Assembly: GCA_963704725.1 (NCBI GenBank)
Contig: OY969934.1
Span: 224,001-288,000, forward strand
Origin: an uncultured Actinomycetes bacterium
GTDB lineage: Bacteria; Actinomycetota; UBA4738; HRBIN12
Reading direction: 5' to 3'
Length of the DNA: 64,000 bases
Shown piece after piece: positions 57,598-64,000 of this stretch. The position numbers and the translations under genes were made by a program. The notes beneath the pieces are model-generated. The model saw only the letters and a list, made by a program, of their open reading frames with translations, had not been told where the DNA came from and ran no database searches. The first letter of the stretch is position 1; every line of letters begins with the position of its first letter.

Positions 57598-58700
57598 GGT
57601 ACCTGGACGAGTACCGGGACGACCGGATCGCCCGGGGGCTCCTGGACGAGATCGCCCACATCGTCACCAAGCCGTGGACGCTGATGGAGGTGTGCGGCGG
57701 CCAGACACACACCCTGATCCGCCAGGGCATCGACCAGCTCCTGCCGCCGGGCCTCGAGCTCGTGCACGGGCCGGGATGCCCGGTCTGTGTGACGCCGCTC
57801 GCGATGATCGACGAGGCCATCGCCATCGCGAAGCGCCCCGACACGATCGTGTGCTCGTTCGGCGACATGCTCCGGGTGCCGGGGTCCCAGGAGGACCTGT
57901 TCATGGCGCGGTCGGTGGGCGGCGACGTGCGCGTCGTCTACTCGCCGCTCGACGCGCTCGAGGTGGCCCGGCGCAACCCGGACAAGACCGTGGTGTTCTT
58001 CGCCGTGGGCTTCGAGACGACCGCGCCGGCCAACGCCATGGCGGTCAAGCAGGCCAAGCTGCTCGGGATCGAGAACTTCGCGCTGCTCGTCGCCCATGTG
58101 CTGGTGCCCCCGGCGATCATGGCGATCCTGGTCTCGCCGGGGAACCGCGTGCAGGGGTTCCTGGCGCCCGGGCACGTCTGCGCCATCCAGGGCTGGACCG
58201 AGTACGAGCCGATCGCGCGCGACTACGGCGTCCCCCTCGTCGTCACGGGGTTCGAGCCCCTCGACCTCCTCGAGGGCATCCGGATGCTCGTCGTCCAGCT
58301 CGAGGAGGGCCGGCACGAGGTCGAGAACCAGTACGTGCGGACCGTGGTGCGTGAGGGGAACAAGCCCGCGCTCGCCGTCGTGAGCGAGGTCTTCGAGACC
58401 TGCGATCGCGCGTGGCGGGGGATCGGCGTCATCCCCAAGAGCGGGCTCCGCCTCCGCGAGGCCTACCGGATGCACGACGCCGAGGTGCGCTTCCCGCGCC
58501 TCGAGGGGACACCCGCCTCGGAGTCCGAGATCTGCATCGCCGGCGAGGTGTTGATCGGCCGGGCCAAGCCGCACGACTGCCCGGCGTTCGGCACGCTCTG
58601 CACCCCCGAGTCGCCGCTCGGCGCGCCGATGGTCTCGAGCGAGGGCGCGTGCGCAGCCTACTTCCTCGCCGGTCGCCGCCGCGAGGACGCGGTGACATGA
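57594..58700 (+). CDS. hypD: Hydrogenase formation protein HypD
   Basis: [29 protein letters not shown]. Confidence 0.96.
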   Translation: MRYLDEYRDDRIARGLLDEIAHIVTKPWTLMEVCGGQTHTLIRQGIDQLLPPGLELVHGPGCPVCVTPLAMIDEAIAIAKRPDTIVCSFGDMLRVPGSQEDLFMARSVGGDVRVVYSPLDALEVARRNPDKTVVFFAVGFETTAPANAMAVKQAKLLGIENFALLVAHVLVPPAIMAILVSPGNRVQGFLAPGHVCAIQGWTEYEPIARDYGVPLVVTGFEPLDLLEGIRMLVVQLEEGRHEVENQYVRTVVREGNKPALAVVSEVFETCDRAWRGIGVIPKSGLRLREAYRMHDAEVRFPRLEGTPASESEICIAGEVLIGRAKPHDCPAFGTLCTPESPLGAPMVSSEGACAAYFLAGRRREDAVT

Positions 58701-59749
58701 ACGACGAGGTCCGCGAGTTCGCCCTGAGCTGTCCGGTCCCGCTCCCGCCCGGTGAACGCATCACGCTCGGCCACGGCAGCGGTGGCAAGCTCAGCGCGCA
58801 GCTCATCAAGGATCTGTTCGTGCCGGTGTTCGGCGACAAGGAGCTGGGCCGGCTCGGGGACGCCGCCGTCGTCGAGGTGAACGGGACGCGACTGGCGTTC
58901 TCCACCGACTCGTTCGTCGTCACGCCGAAGTTCTTCCCCGGCTCCAACATCGGCGAGCTCGCCGTGAACGGGACCGTGAACGACGTCGCGATGATGGGGG
59001 CCCGACCGCTGTTCCTGTCGGCCGCGCTGATCATCGAGGAGGGTCTCGAGATGGAGGTCCTCGGCGCGATCGTCGCCTCGATGGCCGACGCGTGCGAGCG
59101 GGCGGGCGTCGCGCTCGTCGCCGGCGACACCAAGGTGGTCGAGAAGGGAAGCGCCGACGGCCTGTTCGTCACGACGGCGGGGTTCGGCGTGGTGCCCGAG
59201 GGCGTCGAGGTCGGGCCTGAGCGGGCACGCCCCGGCGACCGCGTGATCGTGACCGGGCCGGTCGGGTCGCACGGCGTGGCCGTGATGTCGAGGCGCCAGG
59301 GGATCTCGTTCGAGGGCGAGCTCGCGAGCGACAGCGCGCCGCTCACCGAGCTGGTCCAGGCCATGCTCGCGGCGGGCGACGTCCGGTGTCTGCGCGACGC
59401 CACCCGCGGAGGCCTCGCCACGGTGTTGAACGAGCTCGCCGAGGCCTCCGGCGTGGCGATCGCGGCGGAGGAGTCGTCGATCCCGGTGCTCGGGCCGGTC
59501 AAAGCCGCGTGCGAGATGCTCGGCCTCGACCCGCTGTACGTGGCGAACGAGGGCGTCGCGGTCGCGATCGTCGCCGCCGAGGACGCCGACGCGGTGCTCG
59601 CGGCGGCCCGCGCGAACGACCTGGGGGCCCACGCCTCGCTGATCGGGACCGTCGAGGAGGGCGCGCCCCGCGTGGGCCTGAGGACGGGTCTCGGCGCCAC
59701 CCGGCCGCTGATCATGCTCGCCGGCGATCAGCTCCCGAGGATCTGCTGA
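58697..59749 (+). CDS. hypE: Carbamoyl dehydratase HypE
   Basis: [21 protein letters not shown]-terminal LPRIC. Confidence 0.96.
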   Translation: MNDEVREFALSCPVPLPPGERITLGHGSGGKLSAQLIKDLFVPVFGDKELGRLGDAAVVEVNGTRLAFSTDSFVVTPKFFPGSNIGELAVNGTVNDVAMMGARPLFLSAALIIEEGLEMEVLGAIVASMADACERAGVALVAGDTKVVEKGSADGLFVTTAGFGVVPEGVEVGPERARPGDRVIVTGPVGSHGVAVMSRRQGISFEGELASDSAPLTELVQAMLAAGDVRCLRDATRGGLATVLNELAEASGVAIAAEESSIPVLGPVKAACEMLGLDPLYVANEGVAVAIVAAEDADAVLAAARANDLGAHASLIGTVEEGAPRVGLRTGLGATRPLIMLAGDQLPRIC

Positions 59750-59752
59750 GCC

Positions 59753-60157
59753 CTACTCGCCGAACAGGACGAACGCCCGGACCACATCGCTCTGACCATG
59801 CCCGGGTATCCGGAACCTCATCTGATACGGCCGGCGCTGGTTGCCGTCCGGCCGGTGCGTGTGCCACCGGAACGTCATCAGGCCCTCGTCGGAGATCGCC
59901 ACCCGCTCCCACCGCTCCCACCGATCCGTGTGCGGAGCCTTCACGAGCACGAGCGCGTACGCGTGGTCCGGCGAGACCGTCCCCCGCAGGACGACCGTGT
60001 CCCCGATGAGGTAGCTGAAGATGTCGTCGCAGAAGTCGACATCGGAGCGGGTGAGGCACGCGTCGAACTGCTCCGTCGGATGGGCTCCGGCGACGGCGGG
60101 GACGGTGCTGAGCGCGATCGCGAAGACTATGGCCAAGAACCGGCGAGTCTTGAGCAT
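59753..60157 (-). CDS. Secreted hypothetical protein
   Basis: Signal peptide MLKTRRFLAIVFAIALSTVPAVA, Cys pair, beta-rich body. Confidence 0.65.
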   Translation of the reverse strand: MLKTRRFLAIVFAIALSTVPAVAGAHPTEQFDACLTRSDVDFCDDIFSYLIGDTVVLRGTVSPDHAYALVLVKAPHTDRWERWERVAISDEGLMTFRWHTHRPDGNQRRPYQMRFRIPGHGQSDVVRAFVLFGE

Positions 60158-60240
60158 CAGGCCCACCCCCCTTGCGTCCGGTTCCGCCGACTCTACCCTG
60201 CACGTGACGACGCCGTGATGCGCGGGTAGCGTGCGCCCGG

Positions 60241-61278
60241 ATGGCCGACCGCCCCGACTTCCGGCTGGAGAACAGCGAGCTCCGCGGGGAGGACGAGTTC
60301 GCGGAGTTCGCGGACGAGGACCTCCCGTACTTCACAGCCTGGAGCGGCTCGTTCGACAAGCTCCCGTGGGCGAAGGACGAGCAGACCTTGCTCGATCTCG
60401 CCCCCGACGTGGCGATCGTCGGCGCTCCGTTCGACGAGGGCACGTCGTCGAGGCCGGGCGCGCGGTTCGGGCCCCGCGCGATCCGGATGGCGCCGAGGGC
60501 GTACGAGGCATCCGGGGCCTGGTCGATCCAGCTCGACGTCGAGCCGTTCGCGAAGGTCAAGGTCGTCGACGCCGGCGATGCCCCGATCGCGCCGACGCGG
60601 TTCGAGCGCGCCCTCCGGGTGATCCACGAGAAAGTCTTCCGGGTCGCGAGCGCCGGGCCGATCCCCATCGTGCTTGGCGGCGACCATTCGATCACCTACC
60701 CGAGCGCCGCCGCCGTGGCCAGGCACCGGTGGCCGCGGACGGTGGGGGTCGTGCACTTCGATGCCCACGCGGACACGGGGGCCGACCAGTGGGGCAACCT
60801 CTACGCGCACGGCGAGCCGATGCGCCGGCTGATCGAGGAGGGATGGGTCGCCGGCCGGAACTTCGTCCAGGTCGGCCTCCGCGGGTACTGGCCGGGCGCC
60901 GAGACCTTCGGCTGGATGCGCGAGCAGGGCTTCCGCTGGCACACGATGGTCGAGATCGAGGAGCGCGGCGCGGAGGCGGTCGTGGCCGACGCGATCGCGG
61001 AGGCGCTCGACGGCCCGGACTGCGTGTACCTGTCCGTCGACATCGACGTCGTCGACCCCGGCATGGCTCCGGGCACGGGGACGCCCGAGCCGGGCGGCAT
61101 CCTGGCGCGCGAGATGCTGCGGGCCGTCCGCCAGATCGTGGGAGCCGTCGAGCTGGCGGGCATGGACGTCGTCGAGGTCTCCCCGCCGTACGACCAGAGC
61201 GAGATCACGGCGATGCTCGCGCACCGGATCGTGGTCGAGGCGATCAGCGCCCTCGCGGCCCGCAGGGAGCCGGGGTGA
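60241..61278 (+). CDS. speB: Agmatinase / ureohydrolase
   Basis: GARFGPRAIR, GGDHS, DAHAD, DIDVVDP..APGTGTP. Confidence 0.9.
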   Translation: MADRPDFRLENSELRGEDEFAEFADEDLPYFTAWSGSFDKLPWAKDEQTLLDLAPDVAIVGAPFDEGTSSRPGARFGPRAIRMAPRAYEASGAWSIQLDVEPFAKVKVVDAGDAPIAPTRFERALRVIHEKVFRVASAGPIPIVLGGDHSITYPSAAAVARHRWPRTVGVVHFDAHADTGADQWGNLYAHGEPMRRLIEEGWVAGRNFVQVGLRGYWPGAETFGWMREQGFRWHTMVEIEERGAEAVVADAIAEALDGPDCVYLSVDIDVVDPGMAPGTGTPEPGGILAREMLRAVRQIVGAVELAGMDVVEVSPPYDQSEITAMLAHRIVVEAISALAARREPG

Positions 61279-61616
61279 TCGCCCGGCCGCGGTTCGAGGA
61301 GCTCGTCGCCGACGCGCTCGACTCGTTGCCGCAGTGGGTGCTCGACCGGCTGGAGAACGTTGAGGTCATCGTGGAGGACCGGCCCCCGCGCGGCGAGCCG
61401 AACCTGCTGGGCCGGTACCACGGGATCCCGCTGACGCGGCGCCACAACTACGCCGGCGTGCTGCCCGACACGATCACCCTCTACATGCGGACGATCGAGC
61501 GCGAGGCGCGGGACGAGGAGGACGTGCGCCGGGTCGTGGCGCACACGGTCGTCCACGAGGTCGCCCACTTCTTCGGGATCTCGGACGAGCGGCTCCGCGA
61601 TCTCGACGCGTACTGA
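61275..61616 (+). CDS. Minimal zincin metallopeptidase (Zincin_1)
   Basis: LLGRYHGIPL, PDTITLY, HEVAHFFG. Confidence 0.92.
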   Translation: MIARPRFEELVADALDSLPQWVLDRLENVEVIVEDRPPRGEPNLLGRYHGIPLTRRHNYAGVLPDTITLYMRTIEREARDEEDVRRVVAHTVVHEVAHFFGISDERLRDLDAY

Positions 61617-61617
61617 G

Positions 61618-62091
61618 ATGGCCGACGAGCGCGACGAGGAGCTGATGCGGCTCGCGCTCGTGGAGGCCGAGCGCGCCGCCATCGGGGGGGACGTCCCCGT
61701 CGGCGCCATCGTCGCCCGCGGCTCCGAGGTGCTCGGCCGCGCCGGCAACGCGCGGGAGGAGCGGCAGGACCCCACCGCCCACGCCGAGATCCTCGCGCTG
61801 CGCGAAGCCGCGGGGGTCGCCGCGACCTGGCGCCTCGAGGGTTGCACGATGTACGTGACGCTCGAGCCCTGCGCGATGTGCGCCGGCGCGCTCGTCCTGG
61901 CGAGGATCGACCGGCTGGTGTTCGGCGCGGCGGACCCGAAGGCGGGATTCGTCGGCTCGCTCGGCGATCTCGTGCGCGATCCGCGGTTGAACCACGCGGT
62001 CGAGGTCGAGTCCGGCGTGCTCGAGGACGAGGCCGGGGCGCTGCTCCGCGGGTTCTTCCGCGACCGGCGCGAGCGAACCGACCGGGCCTGA
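61618..62091 (+). CDS. tadA: tRNA adenosine(34) deaminase
   Basis: DVPVGA, HAE, TLEPCAMCAG, DPKAG. Confidence 0.95.
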   Translation: MADERDEELMRLALVEAERAAIGGDVPVGAIVARGSEVLGRAGNAREERQDPTAHAEILALREAAGVAATWRLEGCTMYVTLEPCAMCAGALVLARIDRLVFGAADPKAGFVGSLGDLVRDPRLNHAVEVESGVLEDEAGALLRGFFRDRRERTDRA

Positions 62092-62154
62092 GACCCGCCG
62101 ATTCGGGGACGCAGGTCCTCGCGCAGACGCGCCCCTGCGCCTACCGTCGGGATC

Positions 62155-63645
62155 GTGCGCCGGGTCCTGCTCGTGCTCGTTCTCGTGGGGGCGTGCTCGG
62201 GGCCGTCCACGCAGCCCGGAGCGGATCGCGGTCCGGAGAGGGCGCGGAGCGCGCACGGCGCCGTCCGGCTGCTGTTCGCCGGCGACGTCATGCTCGGCCG
62301 GGGCGTCGCGGCGGCCGGGGCGCACGACCCCTCGGGGCTGCTCGCGGGCGTCCGTCCGGAGATCGCGGCGGCCGATCTCGCGGTCGCCAACCTCGAGTCT
62401 CCCCTGACGGACCGGCCGCACGACCCGGCCGCCGGCCCGAACGCTCTCGAGGCATCCCCCGGCTCGGCGGAGCTCCTGCGCGCGGCGGGCTTCGACGCGA
62501 TGGGCGTGGCCAACAACCACGCCGGCGATGCGGGACCCTCGACCGTCGGCGACACGCTCGCGGCCCTCGACGTTGCGGGGGTCGCGGCGATCGGCGGCGG
62601 TGCGAGCGCGTCCGCGGCGTTCGAGCCGGTGGTCCTCGAGGCCGGCGGGCTGCGCGTCGCGTTCCTCGCCGTCGACGCGACAGGGCAGGGTCCGCGAGCC
62701 GGCCCGAGCTCGAGCGGCGTGGCGTGGTGGGACGAGGACCTCGTGCGCGCGGCGGTCGACCGGGCGCGTGCCGAGGCCGACGTCGTCGCCGTGGGGATCC
62801 ACGGCGGCATCGAGTACGTGCCGACGACCGACCCGTTCCTGTTCCACGTCGCCGAGCTGCTCGGCACGTGGGGGGTCGACGTGGTCTGGGGTCAGGGTCC
62901 GCACGTCGTCCAGCCGATCCGCGCCATCGATCCCGACGGCGACGGCCGCGCCACCGTGGTCGCGACGAGCCTCGGCAACCTGCTGTTCGACCAGCACATC
63001 CCCCGGACGCGCCGCGGCGCGCTCCTCGAGGTCCTGGCCACGCCCGACGGCGTGCGGGCGTATCGGGTCGGGACGACGGAGCAAGCGGATGTCCCCGTGA
63101 CGTTCAGCGGATGGCCCCCGCCGCGCGGCGACGCGGTGGCGCTCGACGGCGGCTGGTGGCGGCCCGCGGTCGATCTCGTCCCCGTGCCGATCTCCCGGCC
63201 GGGTTCGCTCGCCGGGTTCGAGGGCGACGTGCTCGACGCGGCCGTCGGCGATGCCGACGGCGACGGCCGGCCCGATCTCGCCGTGGCCTTCCGCCGGCCG
63301 TACCGCGCAACGGCCGTGAACGCGCTCTACCCGCGCCGCCGCCTGGTCGACGCCGAAGGGCGGACGGCCCACGTCGGCCTGTACCGGCCGGAGGACCTGC
63401 GGCCGCGCTGGGTCGCCGGGACGCTGCTGCGGCCCGTCGGTGCCCTCGCGGCCTGCGACGGATCCCTCGCCGTCGCCTACACCACCCTCGAGGACCCCGA
63501 GATCGTCGCGGCCGGCGCCTGGCGCTGGGGCGGCTTCGGGTTCCTGCCGCTCCCCGACCTGCCCGGCTTCGGCACCCCCGGCTGCGCCGACGTGGACGGC
63601 GACGGCACTCTCGATCCCATCGTGCTCGGAAGGAGCTCGCGATGA
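62155..63645 (+). CDS. CapA (PGA_cap) metallophosphoesterase-family lipoprotein with C-terminal DxDxDG repeat domain
   Basis: GDVMLGR, NLESPL, ANNHAGD, HGGIEY, SLGNLLFDQ; GDADGDG and ADVDGDG motifs. Confidence 0.88.
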   Translation: MRRVLLVLVLVGACSGPSTQPGADRGPERARSAHGAVRLLFAGDVMLGRGVAAAGAHDPSGLLAGVRPEIAAADLAVANLESPLTDRPHDPAAGPNALEASPGSAELLRAAGFDAMGVANNHAGDAGPSTVGDTLAALDVAGVAAIGGGASASAAFEPVVLEAGGLRVAFLAVDATGQGPRAGPSSSGVAWWDEDLVRAAVDRARAEADVVAVGIHGGIEYVPTTDPFLFHVAELLGTWGVDVVWGQGPHVVQPIRAIDPDGDGRATVVATSLGNLLFDQHIPRTRRGALLEVLATPDGVRAYRVGTTEQADVPVTFSGWPPPRGDAVALDGGWWRPAVDLVPVPISRPGSLAGFEGDVLDAAVGDADGDGRPDLAVAFRRPYRATAVNALYPRRRLVDAEGRTAHVGLYRPEDLRPRWVAGTLLRPVGALAACDGSLAVAYTTLEDPEIVAAGAWRWGGFGFLPLPDLPGFGTPGCADVDGDGTLDPIVLGRSSR

Positions 63646-64000
63646 TGAAGCGCTCGATCCTGCTCGTGTCCGTGGTCGCGCTCGTGGCGGCGGCCTGCAC
63701 GTCCGGCGGCGAGGAGGAGCCTTCGCCCACGGGCAACCCGCCGCCGTCGGTCACCGAGTCCCCCACGACGGCGTCGCCGTCGCCGCCGGCCGAGCTCGAC
63801 GCGCTCCCCGTCTCGCTCGTGCGCTTCGCCGAGTACTCCGACGTGCCGCTGCTCGATCCCGAACACACCCGCCTACGCGGGGCCGGACACGCCGACGTCG
63901 CTGGACGGCGTGCGGATCGTCCAGTCGGTGCGCCGCGCCATCTCGGACCCGGCCATCGAGCAGACCCTCGCCGACCAGGGGTTCGTCGTCGTGCCGGCGG
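63642..64000 (+). CDS. Lipoprotein N-terminus (possibly DUF3160 family), 3' truncated; probable frameshift near 63859
   Basis: VAAAC lipobox, Pro/Ser/Thr linker, LADQGFVVVP in the shifted frame; coupled to capA by ATGA overlap. Confidence 0.6.
   Translation, partial: MMKRSILLVSVVALVAAACTSGGEEEPSPTGNPPPSVTESPTTASPSPPAELDALPVSLVRFAEYSDVPLLDPEHTRLRGAGHADVAGRRADRPVGAPRHLGPGHRADPRRPGVRRRAG

Overview
High-GC chromosomal segment whose gene content points to Actinomycetota (coproporphyrin-dependent haem pathway with HemQ, F420-type PPOX proteins, acyl-ACP desaturase, many apparently leaderless genes). It holds the end of serS, three tRNAs (Ser-TGA, Ser-GCT, Arg-ACG), PAS signalling genes, a TetR/ClC/APC module, a complete haem pathway (hemE-H-Y-Q; hemA-C-D-B; hemL), clpP, a two-part sulfur ABC locus (sbp-cysT-cysW-cysA, then ssuABC-like), a group 3b [NiFe]-hydrogenase operon with protease and hypFCDE divergent from pncB, speB, tadA and a CapA-family gene. 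Best lead: each sulfur-transport module is headed by a tiny DUF2292 (YezD/OscA-like) gene, and the sbp leader carries two structurally identical 27-nt hairpins (6-bp stem, GA/A internal loop, CCGG-NNNA-CCGG apex) whose lower stems differ in sequence but keep their pairing. This suggests a small-protein/tandem-RNA-hairpin regulatory system. Other leads: a ferredoxin-like CxxCxxCxxxC insertion in the ferrochelatase, two paralogous 43-aa Lys-rich microproteins, an output-less 4-PAS protein, and a secreted protein resembling phage virion proteins. Several conserved genes carry small frameshifts, probably sequencing errors. No CRISPR, integrase or transposase was seen. All family assignments come from motif recognition by eye, not from database searches.
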